DNA from: Betaproteobacteria bacterium | GTDB lineage: Bacteria; Pseudomonadota; Gammaproteobacteria; Burkholderiales; SG8-39 | Assembly: GCA_005883675.1 (NCBI GenBank) | Contig: VBCM01000106.1 | Span: 358 to 52,600 of the forward strand | Direction of reading: 5' to 3' | DNA: 52,243 bases | Part shown: positions 1 to 8,818 of the stretch, piece after piece | Numbering within the stretch: position 1 is the first letter of the stretch | Layout of the letters: the number at the start of each line of letters is the position of its first letter | The notes under the pieces: model-generated | Seen by the model: only the letters and a program-made list of their open reading frames with translations | Told to the model about the DNA's origin: nothing | The model's database searches: none | Program-made: the position numbers and the translations under genes

Positions 1-1
1 G

Positions 2-568
2 GGCATCGAGATCACGGCGATCCACAACCATCTGCTGCGCGCGACTCCGGCGGTGATGTACATGCACTACCAGGGTCATGGCGACGCCGCGAAGCTCGCG
101 GCCGCGGTGCACAGCGCACTCGAAGAGAGCAAGACGCCTCTCGCCGCGCCGCCGAAGGGCGCCGCGCAGCCCTCCATCGACCTCGACACGGCGGCGATCG
201 AGGGCACGCTCGGCGCGAAAGGCACCGCCAACGGCGGCGTCTACCAGTTCAACATCGCGCGCGCCGGCGCTATCAAGGAGCACGGCACGGACATCCCGAT
301 CGGCATGGGATCGGGAATCGTCATCAACTTCCAGCCTACCGGCAACGGAAAAGCGGCCATCACCGGTGACTTTGTGCTTACGGCGCAAGAGGTGAACCCG
401 GTGCTCAAGGCGCTGCGCGACAACGGCATTGAGGTCACCGCCCTGCACAGCCACATGCTCGACGAGCAGCCGCGGCTCTTCTTCATGCACTTCTGGGCGA
501 ACGACGACGCGCAGAAGCTGACCGATGGACTGAAGGCCGCGCTCGACAAGACAAAGCGCGCAAAGTAG
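2..568 (+). CDS. DUF1259 (LpqO/LppY-like) domain protein, 5' end outside window
   Basis: The frame is open from the window edge (GIEITAIHNHLLRATPAVMYMH...). A second copy of the motif (GIEVTALHSHMLDEQPRLFFMHFW) gives the duplicated I-x-[IV]-T-A-[IL]-H-x-H pattern of DUF1259. Family assignment is from memory. Confidence 0.6.
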   Translation, partial: GIEITAIHNHLLRATPAVMYMHYQGHGDAAKLAAAVHSALEESKTPLAAPPKGAAQPSIDLDTAAIEGTLGAKGTANGGVYQFNIARAGAIKEHGTDIPIGMGSGIVINFQPTGNGKAAITGDFVLTAQEVNPVLKALRDNGIEVTALHSHMLDEQPRLFFMHFWANDDAQKLTDGLKAALDKTKRAK

Positions 569-649
569 GCGGTATGCAATAAACGCGAAGCGCGCGAATC
601 AGCCGTCTTCATCGCGCTATAGCGCCTCGCATGGCGCGAGCTTCGCGGC

Positions 650-669
650 GCGCGGCGCTAACGCCGCGC
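650..669. terminator. GC hairpin between convergent genes (8-bp stem GCGCGGCG / CGCCGCGC, loop CTAA)
   Basis: Perfect inverted repeat read directly from the sequence. There is no U-tract, so the terminator role is only inferred. Confidence 0.3.
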
Positions 670-692
670 CAGGCGGCGCGGCACCCGAGCAG

Positions 693-1190
693 CTAGCGGC
701 AGCGCACCGGGATGCCTTGCTGCTGGCGCTTGCCGTCCCGCTCGCAGCTCACCCGCCGTGCGTAGCGCTCCTCGCCGCGCCACAAGACCTGCTCGGTGCC
801 CGCCTGCGGGCAGCGTGTCTCGAGCGTGCAGAAAAGCGCATCGGCTTGATCGAGTACGCACGAGTGGCTCGTGGCGCAGCCCGAGAGTCGGTTGGTGCGG
901 ACGAAGTCGATGCCCCCATCGCCGGCGTGCACGACCTTGATCTGCTCCTCGTCGTCGTAAAGCAGATCCACGAGCTCATAGCCCCTGCCGGAGCGGCGAA
1001 TCTGCTTGGCCGCCGGATAGGTCTGCTGCTGGTCGACCTCGGTCCAACCCCCATAAACATAGCCGGGCGGCGCGTCCGGCGAATAGAGGATGCGGCGTTC
1101 GGTGTCCTGCCAATAGCCTTCGATCGTGTCAGCCGCGTGCGCGGTGGCCAAGCCGCCGCCTAGCCAGAGCAGCAGAGCAAGACGTCGCAT
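693..1190 (-). CDS. secreted hypothetical protein
   Basis: 165-aa ORF with an N-terminal signal peptide (MRRLALLLWLGGGLATAHA/AD). I recognise no family. Confidence 0.6.
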   Translation of the reverse strand: MRRLALLLWLGGGLATAHAADTIEGYWQDTERRILYSPDAPPGYVYGGWTEVDQQQTYPAAKQIRRSGRGYELVDLLYDDEEQIKVVHAGDGGIDFVRTNRLSGCATSHSCVLDQADALFCTLETRCPQAGTEQVLWRGEERYARRVSCERDGKRQQQGIPVRCR

Positions 1191-1240
1191 CGGCGCCTCC
1201 TTACGACGGTTTACAGCGCCGGCGCACGTTTATTCAGTCG

Positions 1241-2500
1241 TCATTTACCGATACGGACCAGCGTGACCTCGTTGGTGAGGCTGTTCGCCAGCACGAAGTT
1301 GCCGTCGCGCGTGACATCGGTGTTGCGCACGATGTTGCCGCCGCCCGGAATGGTCCAGGTCTGGAATTTCTCCGTCTTCGGATCGAAACGCACCACCGTA
1401 TTCGGGCTCGCTTCGGACTCGCTGTACCAGAGCACGCCTTTGATGTCGGAGATGCCATAGGGCGCGGACTTCGGGCCGCTCGGCGATTGCCACTCCTTCA
1501 CTTCGCCGGTCTTGGGATCGAGCCGGCCGAGGAAGCCCCGCGCATAGTCGGTGTACCAGACGATGTCGTCGGACGTGATGGCGATGCGCCGCGGCCGTGC
1601 GCCCGGATCAGGCAGCTTGTATTCCTTGATCTGCAGCGACTTCGGATCGACGCGCGCCACGCTGTTCACGCCGAACTGCACGACGAACACGTTGCCCTTC
1701 GAGTCGACCGCCATGCCATACGGGCGCGACTTCGCCGTCGGCGGCGTGAGGAGCTTGATGTTCCCGGTCTTCGGGTCGAGCCGGCCGATGCGGTTCGCGT
1801 TCTGCACGGTGAACCACAGGATTCCCGCCTTATCGAAGATCAGCGTGTGCGGGTCCTTGGCCTCGGGATCGGGCATCTTGTACTCGGTCACCTCGCCCGT
1901 CTTCGGGTTGAGCTTGCCGATGAGCGCGCCGGTGTTGCCCGTGTACCAGATGTTGCCCGCCCGATCCTCTTTCAGGCCGTGCGGCCCGGAGTGCGCCGTC
2001 TTCAGCGGATACTCCCTGACCGTGCGCATCTTGGGATCGATGCGGCCGAGCACGTTCGCCATCTGGCCCGTGTACCAGAGCGAGCCGTCTCGCGCGGCGA
2101 GCGGATCGTGCGGCCGCGAGCCGGGCGTCGGTGCTTCCCATGCGCGCATGGTCACCTTCATCGGCCCGGGAACCACCACGGCCTCGGGCCGGCCGCGAAC
2201 GGGATAGGTCTTCTCGAGGTAGGCGACGAGCGCCGGCATCTTCTCGGGCGGCACTCCGACGCCGTGGTTAATCATCATGCGCAGCACCGTGCTCCATCCC
2301 TCTTCGGTGTAGCCGGTGCCGACGCGTGCGCCGAGCGGATGGCAGCTATTGCATGTCGCATCGATGAAGGCCTTGGCGTCATTCGGTGCGTCCTGCTGTG
2401 CCGTGGCCGGCACTGTTGCCGCCGCGAGCGCGACGGCGATGATCGCTTTCCTGGGGCTCAATTGCGGCTCCTCTTCCGGTGAAATGAGCGGGGTGCTCAT
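1241..2500 (-). CDS. cytochrome c domain fused to a Vgb/streptogramin-lyase-like beta-propeller
   Basis: Signal peptide followed by the haem motif CNSCH. After that come six or seven repeats of the type G..W[YF]T....IGR[LI]DPKTG. Confidence 0.7.
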   Translation of the reverse strand: MSTPLISPEEEPQLSPRKAIIAVALAAATVPATAQQDAPNDAKAFIDATCNSCHPLGARVGTGYTEEGWSTVLRMMINHGVGVPPEKMPALVAYLEKTYPVRGRPEAVVVPGPMKVTMRAWEAPTPGSRPHDPLAARDGSLWYTGQMANVLGRIDPKMRTVREYPLKTAHSGPHGLKEDRAGNIWYTGNTGALIGKLNPKTGEVTEYKMPDPEAKDPHTLIFDKAGILWFTVQNANRIGRLDPKTGNIKLLTPPTAKSRPYGMAVDSKGNVFVVQFGVNSVARVDPKSLQIKEYKLPDPGARPRRIAITSDDIVWYTDYARGFLGRLDPKTGEVKEWQSPSGPKSAPYGISDIKGVLWYSESEASPNTVVRFDPKTEKFQTWTIPGGGNIVRNTDVTRDGNFVLANSLTNEVTLVRIGK

Positions 2501-2534
2501 CGTATGCCGCGCCTTCGAATAGGTAAACTGCGCG

Positions 2535-3476
2535 TTGCAACAACCGACGACGCTGGTCGCATGCTTCGCCTACGGGCAAGGATTTCCGGATCGGCCGATG
2601 CGCATCGTCGTGCCGCTGCCGCCGGGCGGCTCGCCGGATACCATCGCGCGCACCCTGGCGCAGCACCTGCAGGCGACCTGGGGCCAGCCGATCGTGGTGG
2701 AGAACCGCACCGGCGGCAGCCAGAACATCGGCGCCGAGGCGGTTGCGAAGAGCGCGCCCGACGGCTACACCTGGTTGCTTGCGCCGGATAACGTGTTCGT
2801 TATCAACCCGTACATCGCCAAGGCGACGTCGTTCGATCCGCTCACCGACCTCATGCCGGTGACCGAAGTCGCGCGCATCCATTTCCTGCTCGCCGTGCCT
2901 TCATCGCTGCCGGTGAGTTCGGTGCCGGAGCTGATCGCATACGCGAAGGCGCATCCGGGCGAGCTCAACTTCGGCTCGTCGGGCAACGGCAGTCCACAGC
3001 GTCTCATGACGGAACTCTTCCAGCTCACGACGGGTATCAAAATGAATCACGTGCCCTACAAGGGCGCGGCGCCCGCCGTGGCGGACCTGCTCGCGGGCCG
3101 CATCCAGGTCTGGATCGGCGCGCCGAACAGCCTGCTGCCGCATGTCAAGGAAGGCAGGCTTAAGCCGCTCGGCACGACGGCGCCAGAACGCTTGGCCTAT
3201 CTTGGTGACGTGCCGGCGATCGCGGAGACGTTGCCGGGCTTCTCCGTCGATACCTGGCTCGGCATCTTTGTGCCGGCGAAGACGCCCACCGACATCGTGA
3301 GGAAAGTTAACGGTGAGGTGGCGCGTGTACTCGGCAGTTCCGACGTGAAGTCGAAGCTTGAGCCGCAAGGTATCGAGCTAGTAACCAGTTCGCCCACGGA
3401 GTTCGCGAAACTGATTCACGCCGACTACGTGAAGTGGGGCAAGGTGATCAAGGAGGCCAATATCCGTGGCGAGTGA
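2535..3476 (+). CDS. Bug family (TctC-like) tripartite tricarboxylate transporter substrate-binding protein, N-terminus apparently truncated
   Basis: Bug signature RPMRIVVPLPPGGSPD plus family-like sequence throughout. An in-frame stop at 2520-2522 leaves only about 14 residues (TTLVACFAYGQGF) before the mature part. Confidence 0.8.
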   Translation: MQQPTTLVACFAYGQGFPDRPMRIVVPLPPGGSPDTIARTLAQHLQATWGQPIVVENRTGGSQNIGAEAVAKSAPDGYTWLLAPDNVFVINPYIAKATSFDPLTDLMPVTEVARIHFLLAVPSSLPVSSVPELIAYAKAHPGELNFGSSGNGSPQRLMTELFQLTTGIKMNHVPYKGAAPAVADLLAGRIQVWIGAPNSLLPHVKEGRLKPLGTTAPERLAYLGDVPAIAETLPGFSVDTWLGIFVPAKTPTDIVRKVNGEVARVLGSSDVKSKLEPQGIELVTSSPTEFAKLIHADYVKWGKVIKEANIRGE

Positions 3477-5223
3477 AATCGTGCGTGACATTCCCGCGTC
3501 TGTCCCCGAGACGCGCGAGCACTGGGGCAGCGACGCGCTCGCGGCGATGCTGCGCGCAATCGAGCTGCCGTATCTCGCGCTCAATCCCGGCGCGAGCTAC
3601 CGGGGACTGCACGACAGCATCGTCAACTATCTCGGCAACGAGCGGCCGCAGATGCTGCTCTGCCTGCACGAGGAATCGGCGGTTGCTATCGCACACGGAT
3701 ATGCAAAGGCGACCGGCCGCATGATGGGCGTCGTGCTCCATTCCAACGTGGGGCTGATGCACGGCACGATGGCGATCTTCAACGCCTGGTGCGATCGCAT
3801 GCCGATGCTGATCCTCGGCGCGACGGGGCCGTGGGACGCGGCGAAGCGCCGGCCATGGATCGACTGGATCCACACCGCGTCCGACCAGGGCGCGCTGGTG
3901 CGCGACTACACCAAGTGGGACAACCAGCCGGCCTCCGTGCCGGCGGCGTACGAGGCGCTGCTGCGCGCGGCGCAGATGGCGAACACGCCGCCGCGCGGCC
4001 CGACGTACATCAACCTCGACGCCGCGCTCCAGGAATCGAAGATCGCAGCGCTGCCGCCGCTGCCCGATGTCTCGCGCTTCGCGCCTCCCGCCGCGGTCCA
4101 GCCGGAAGCCGCCGCCGTGGCAAAGGCGGCGGAATTACTGTCGGGTGCGAAAAACCCGGCGCTGCTCATCGGCCGCGTAAGCCGCAGCGTGGCAGGCTGG
4201 AAGGCGCGCGTCGCCTTCGCCGAGAAGATCCAGGCGAAGGTCTTCACCGACATCAAGGCGGCGTGCGCCTTTCCTACCGATCACCCGCTGCATGCGGCGC
4301 CGCCGGCAACGTTCCCGGACGGCGCGCTGCTGCGCGAGTGCGACGTGATCGCGTCGCTCGACTGGATCGATACCGCCGGGACGCTCAAGGCGGCGTGGGG
4401 CGATGGGCCGGTGAGCGCAAAGGTGATCCGCATCTCGTCGGACGCGCACATCCATCGAGGCTGGAGCGCCGACTACCAGGGCCTGCCGCCCGCGGATGTG
4501 TACTTGATGTGCGAGCCGGACGTGGCTGTGCCGCTGCTATTGGATGCCGTACGGTCACGCCCTGCGGCGGTGCAGCCGCGCGCCGAGCCGAAGATGGAGG
4601 CGGACACGGCGGTTTCCATCCGGGCGCTCGCGCGAGTGTTCAATGAGCTCACGATGGGCATGGATGTGTGCCTCTCGAAGCTCCCGCTCGGCTGGAACGG
4701 CGCGTATCGCCACTTCCGGCATCCGCTCGACTATCTCGGCGCCGATGGCGGCGGCGGCGTAGGCGCGGGGCCCGGCTGCACCGTAGGTGCGGCGCTCGCG
4801 CTGAACGGCACGGGCCGCATAGTGGTCGGGATCATGGGCGATGGCGATTTCCTCATGGGCAATACGGCGCTCTGGACGGCGACGCATTACAAGCTGCCGT
4901 GCCTCTTCCTCGTGGCGAACAATCGCTCGTTCTATAACGACGAGATGCATCAGGAGCGCGTGGCCAAGGAACGCGGCCGGCCGGTCGAGAACAAGTGGAT
5001 CGGCCAGCGCATCGACGAACCCGACATCGACCTCGCGATGATGGCGCGTTCGCAAGGCGCGATCGGCATCGGCCCGGTAAAGGAGCTCGCGGAGCTGAAG
5101 CCCGCGATCGAGCGCGCCATCCGCGAAGTGAAGGGCGGCGCGGTGTGCGTCGTCGACGTGCGCGTGAAACCGGGCTACGACGCGCCGGTGGCCGGCACCG
5201 GCGCCAGCGCGCGCCGCGGCTGA
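3466..5223 (+). CDS. thiamine pyrophosphate-dependent enzyme (acetolactate synthase / benzoylformate decarboxylase superfamily)
   Basis: 585 aa with the TPP-binding motif GDGDFLMGNTALWTA...NN. GTG start with AAGGAGG 9-10 nt upstream. Confidence 0.85.
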   Translation: MASEIVRDIPASVPETREHWGSDALAAMLRAIELPYLALNPGASYRGLHDSIVNYLGNERPQMLLCLHEESAVAIAHGYAKATGRMMGVVLHSNVGLMHGTMAIFNAWCDRMPMLILGATGPWDAAKRRPWIDWIHTASDQGALVRDYTKWDNQPASVPAAYEALLRAAQMANTPPRGPTYINLDAALQESKIAALPPLPDVSRFAPPAAVQPEAAAVAKAAELLSGAKNPALLIGRVSRSVAGWKARVAFAEKIQAKVFTDIKAACAFPTDHPLHAAPPATFPDGALLRECDVIASLDWIDTAGTLKAAWGDGPVSAKVIRISSDAHIHRGWSADYQGLPPADVYLMCEPDVAVPLLLDAVRSRPAAVQPRAEPKMEADTAVSIRALARVFNELTMGMDVCLSKLPLGWNGAYRHFRHPLDYLGADGGGGVGAGPGCTVGAALALNGTGRIVVGIMGDGDFLMGNTALWTATHYKLPCLFLVANNRSFYNDEMHQERVAKERGRPVENKWIGQRIDEPDIDLAMMARSQGAIGIGPVKELAELKPAIERAIREVKGGAVCVVDVRVKPGYDAPVAGTGASARRG

Positions 5224-5879
5224 TGCCGAAGCTCGCGGCGAGCAAGGCGCTCGTCGAGGACTTGGTCGCCGGGAGCCGCATCCTCGCCGAGCACGAGGTG
5301 CTCGATGCGTATGGGCACCTGAGTGCGCGGAGCGACAAGCGGCCGGAGCACTTCATCATGTCGCGCTCGCGCGCGCCGGCGCTCGTCACCGCCGCCGATC
5401 TCATCGAATGGGGCGCGGACAGCGAGGCCGTAACGGGTGACAAGCGCAAGGGCTTCATCGAGCGCTATATCCACGGCGAGATCTATCGCGCGCGGCCCGA
5501 AGTGATGGCCGTGGTGCATAGCCACTCGCCCTCGGTGATCCCATACGGGGTCACGCAGACGAAGCTGCGGCCGATCTACCACATGGGCTCGTTCCTCTGG
5601 TCCGGCGCGCCGGTGTGGGACATCCGCAAGGTGCGCGAGGAGAACGATCTCCTGGTGCGCGACCGGCCGCTCGGCGCGGCGCTCGCCGGCGCGCTCGGCA
5701 AATGCAACTGCGTGCTGATGCGCGGCCACGGCATGACCGTGGTGGGCGAGATCGAAGGGCCCGTCGCGTTCTTGTCCGATGAGGAGGGTCGCCGGTCCAC
5801 GGCTGCTAACCGCGGAACGCTGGAGCGGCCCTGGGAGCTGTGGAAAACGCGCGCCGCACGAGCCACGCGGCGATCGTGA
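5223..5879 (+). CDS. class II aldolase/adducin-family protein, about 25 aa shorter than the family after the GHG motif
   Basis: Contains HSHSPSVIPYG and LMRGHGMTVVG motifs. TGATG overlap with the upstream stop. See finding on the missing helix. Confidence 0.7.
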   Translation: MPKLAASKALVEDLVAGSRILAEHEVLDAYGHLSARSDKRPEHFIMSRSRAPALVTAADLIEWGADSEAVTGDKRKGFIERYIHGEIYRARPEVMAVVHSHSPSVIPYGVTQTKLRPIYHMGSFLWSGAPVWDIRKVREENDLLVRDRPLGAALAGALGKCNCVLMRGHGMTVVGEIEGPVAFLSDEEGRRSTAANRGTLERPWELWKTRAARATRRS

Positions 5880-7047
5880 GGTTGAGCAGGTTCCAGCCGA
5901 TGCCGTTCACGAAGGCGGCGCGGTACGAACCCGTGGAATCGAAGATGGCGCCGGAGACCCAGCCGCCGAACGCCATGCCGAAGAGCGTAGCCATCAGGAT
6001 GATCGCCACTCGAGTGCCCGCTTCGCGCGGCGGGAAGTACTCGCGCACGATGAGCGCGTAGGCGGGCACCAGCCCGCCCTGGAACAGCCCGAAGAGCGCC
6101 GACACCACATAGAGCGATATCAGCCCATCGAACGGTAGAAATAGGGCCAGCGCAATTCCCTGCAGCACCGAGCCGAGGAGCAGCGTGCGCAGGCCGCCGA
6201 TGCGATCGGAGATCCAGCCGGAGGCGAGCCGGCTGACGATGCCGCAGCCGAGCATCAGCGAGAGCATCTCCGCGCCGCGCTGCCTGCCGTAGCCGAGGTC
6301 GCCGCAGTAGGCGACGATGTGGACCTGCGGCATCGACATGGCGACGCAACAGGCGACGCCGGCGATGCTCAGCAGCACGGTGAGCGCATTCGGCGACAGG
6401 CCAAGCGGCCGCTCCGGCTTCGCCGCTACCGTGGCTGAGCTTGCCGTGCTGAGCGCGGGCGGCCGTTTGCGCAGCACGAGAGCGAGCCCGAGCATCACCA
6501 CGATGCAGAAGATGCCGACGCCGATGTAGGTCGCGCGCCAGCCGGCGCGGTCGAAAAGCTGCTGCAGCACCGGCGGCCACACCGCGCCGGCGAGATAGTT
6601 GCCGCTGATGACGATCGCCACCGCGATGCCGCGGCGCTTGGTGAACCAGAGCGATGTGTCCGCCACGAGCGGCGCAAAGGTCGCCGAGCAGCCGAGGAGA
6701 CCCGCCAGGAAGCCGTGCGCGAGCGCGAATTGCAGGACGCTCGCCGACATGCCGGCGAGGATCAGGCCGGTGCCAAGGCCGAGCGCGCCGAGCACCACGG
6801 GAACGATCACGCCGTAGCGATCGGCAAGCGCGCCCATCAGGATGCCGCCGATGCCGAAGCCGATCATGGTGAGCGTGTAGGGAAGCGACGCGTCGGCGCG
6901 CGCGACGCCAAACTCGGCCTGCACTGCCGGCAGCGCCACCACCACGCCGTACATCGCCACGCCACCGAGCGTCATCAGCGCGAGCGACGCGCCGAGCCGC
7001 ACCCAGGCGTACGGCGATTCGGGGAGCGCGGTGCTCATGCGCTGCAT
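5806..7047 (-). CDS. MFS transporter (oxalate/formate antiporter-like)
   Basis: Twelve-TM-like hydrophobic profile. Start set at MQRMSTALPES, because the longer ORF upstream of it is antisense to the CMD gene. Confidence 0.8.
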   Translation of the reverse strand: MQRMSTALPESPYAWVRLGASLALMTLGGVAMYGVVVALPAVQAEFGVARADASLPYTLTMIGFGIGGILMGALADRYGVIVPVVLGALGLGTGLILAGMSASVLQFALAHGFLAGLLGCSATFAPLVADTSLWFTKRRGIAVAIVISGNYLAGAVWPPVLQQLFDRAGWRATYIGVGIFCIVVMLGLALVLRKRPPALSTASSATVAAKPERPLGLSPNALTVLLSIAGVACCVAMSMPQVHIVAYCGDLGYGRQRGAEMLSLMLGCGIVSRLASGWISDRIGGLRTLLLGSVLQGIALALFLPFDGLISLYVVSALFGLFQGGLVPAYALIVREYFPPREAGTRVAIILMATLFGMAFGGWVSGAIFDSTGSYRAAFVNGIGWNLLNLTIAAWLVRRAFSTAPRAAPAFRG

Positions 7048-7086
7048 GATAGAGTCGATCGCGTCATTACCCCGGAGGAGGTTCGC

Positions 7087-7419
7087 ATGGCTGCACGCAC
7101 GCCACCGCCGTCCACCATCGGAAGAGTGCGCGATGTTTTTCCGAAGCTGGGCGAGCTCACCGACAAGGTCGTGTTCGGCGATGTCTGGGAGCGCCCCGGG
7201 CTGGCGAAGCGCGACCGCAGCCTCATCACCGTGGCGGCGCTCGTGGCGCTCGCGCAGCCCGACCAGCTCCGCGGGCATCTGTGGCGCGCGCTCGACAACG
7301 GCGTGAAGCGCGAGGAGATCGTCGAGCTCATCACCCACCTCGCGTTCTATTGCGGCTGGCCGAGCGCCGGCAGCGCCGCGCTGATCGCCAAAGAGGTGCT
7401 CGCCGAGCACAAGCCATGA
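7087..7419 (+). CDS. carboxymuconolactone decarboxylase (CMD) family protein
   Basis: 110 aa with the CMD-like core RDRSLITVAALVALAQ...EEIVELITHLAFYCGWP. Confidence 0.75.
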   Translation: MAARTPPPSTIGRVRDVFPKLGELTDKVVFGDVWERPGLAKRDRSLITVAALVALAQPDQLRGHLWRALDNGVKREEIVELITHLAFYCGWPSAGSAALIAKEVLAEHKP

Positions 7420-8309
7420 GGCTCGCGTTCATTGGCTTGGGCACCATGGGCGGCCCGATGGCCGCCAATCTGCAGCGCGCGGGTCACGAGGTGCGCGCGC
7501 ATGATCTGCGGCGCGTCGAAGGCTTTAACTGGTTCGCCGCCGCGCCGGACGCGGTGCAGGACTGCGAGCTGCTGTTTACCTCGGTGCCGGGGCCGGACGA
7601 CGTCGATGCGGTGGCAGCGAAGCTGAAGCCGGTGCTGCGGCCCGGCACCGCATGGTTCGATCTTTCCACCAATTCGCCGAGCCGCGTGCGGCGGTTGCAT
7701 GGCGACCTGGCGAGAGAGGGCGTGCAATTCCTCGATGCGCCGGTGAGCGGCGGCCCGAGCGGCGCGAAAAGCGGCAAGCTCGCGATCTGGGTCGGTGGCG
7801 AGCGCGCGACGTACGAGCGCTACGAGAGCGTGCTGCGCGCGATCGGCGACCAGCCGCTCTACATCGGCGCGATCGGCGCGGGTACGGTAGCGAAGCTCGC
7901 GCACAACTGCGGGAGCTTCGCCATCCATGCGGCGATGGCGGAAATCTTTACGCTCGGCGTGAAGGCGGGCGTCGAGCCGCTCGCGCTCTTCCGCGCGCTG
8001 CGCCAGGGCGCCACCGGGCGCAAGCGCACTTTCGACCGGCTGGCGGAGCATTTCCTGCCGGGGAAATACGACCCGGCGGCATTCAGCCTGCGGCTTGCGC
8101 ACAAGGACGCGACGCTCGCGCTCGAGCTCGCGCGAGAAGCGGGCGTGCCGATGAAGATCGGCCAGATCGCGCTCGATGAGCTCTCGCGCGCGATCGAGCG
8201 CGGCTGGATCGACCGCGACTTCCGTGCCGCCATGACGCTCCAAGAGGAGCGCGCCGGGGTAGACGTGCGCATTACCCCGGAGAAGCTGCGCGCGGCGCTC
8301 GAGGAGTGA
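7416..8309 (+). CDS. NAD(P)-dependent oxidoreductase, 3-hydroxyisobutyrate dehydrogenase family
   Basis: Rossmann N-terminus MRLAFIGLGTMGGPMAANL and the downstream DAPVSGG motif. ATGA overlap with the CMD gene. Confidence 0.85.
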   Translation: MRLAFIGLGTMGGPMAANLQRAGHEVRAHDLRRVEGFNWFAAAPDAVQDCELLFTSVPGPDDVDAVAAKLKPVLRPGTAWFDLSTNSPSRVRRLHGDLAREGVQFLDAPVSGGPSGAKSGKLAIWVGGERATYERYESVLRAIGDQPLYIGAIGAGTVAKLAHNCGSFAIHAAMAEIFTLGVKAGVEPLALFRALRQGATGRKRTFDRLAEHFLPGKYDPAAFSLRLAHKDATLALELAREAGVPMKIGQIALDELSRAIERGWIDRDFRAAMTLQEERAGVDVRITPEKLRAALEE

Positions 8310-8310
8310 A

Positions 8311-8796
8311 TCAGGACGGCGCGCCTGGCCCGTTGCGCCGGGCAACTTCGTTGAGGATGTTGGAGATCTCGCGCGGGTCGGCCGGCTTCTCCAAGAAATG
8401 GTCGAAGCCGCACTTCAGCGCGACGAGCCGGTCCGCGGTGCTGAAGAACTTGCCGGAGATGGCGATCAAGAACGGGCGCGCCGCGCCATAGGTCTCTACC
8501 AGCTCGCGGCCGATCACGAAGCCGTTGGCTCCGGGCATCTGGATGTCGAGGATGCACACGTCCGGCTCGAACTCGCTGACCGCCTCGATGGCCCGCGTCC
8601 CGTTTGCCAGCGTCCGAATCACATGGCCGTTCGCCTTCAGCCACGCGCCCAGCGTCAAGAGCGTGTCCTGGTTGTCGTCGACGATCAATATCCGCAGCGA
8701 ACGGACGTCGTCCATGGCCATTGCAACGCTAGCAAAAAAGGCGATGCCCGCCGAGGTCGGAATACGTCGATGTTGCTGTAGCTCTTTTTTCGACAT
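8311..8796 (-). CDS. single-domain response regulator (CheY-like receiver)
   Basis: Receiver motifs ILIVDDNQD, ILDIQMPGANG, LIAISG and LEKP. No output domain and no kinase gene nearby. Confidence 0.8.
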   Translation of the reverse strand: MSKKELQQHRRIPTSAGIAFFASVAMAMDDVRSLRILIVDDNQDTLLTLGAWLKANGHVIRTLANGTRAIEAVSEFEPDVCILDIQMPGANGFVIGRELVETYGAARPFLIAISGKFFSTADRLVALKCGFDHFLEKPADPREISNILNEVARRNGPGAPS

Positions 8797-8818
8797 GGCG
8801 TCACGTTAAACTGCGCGC

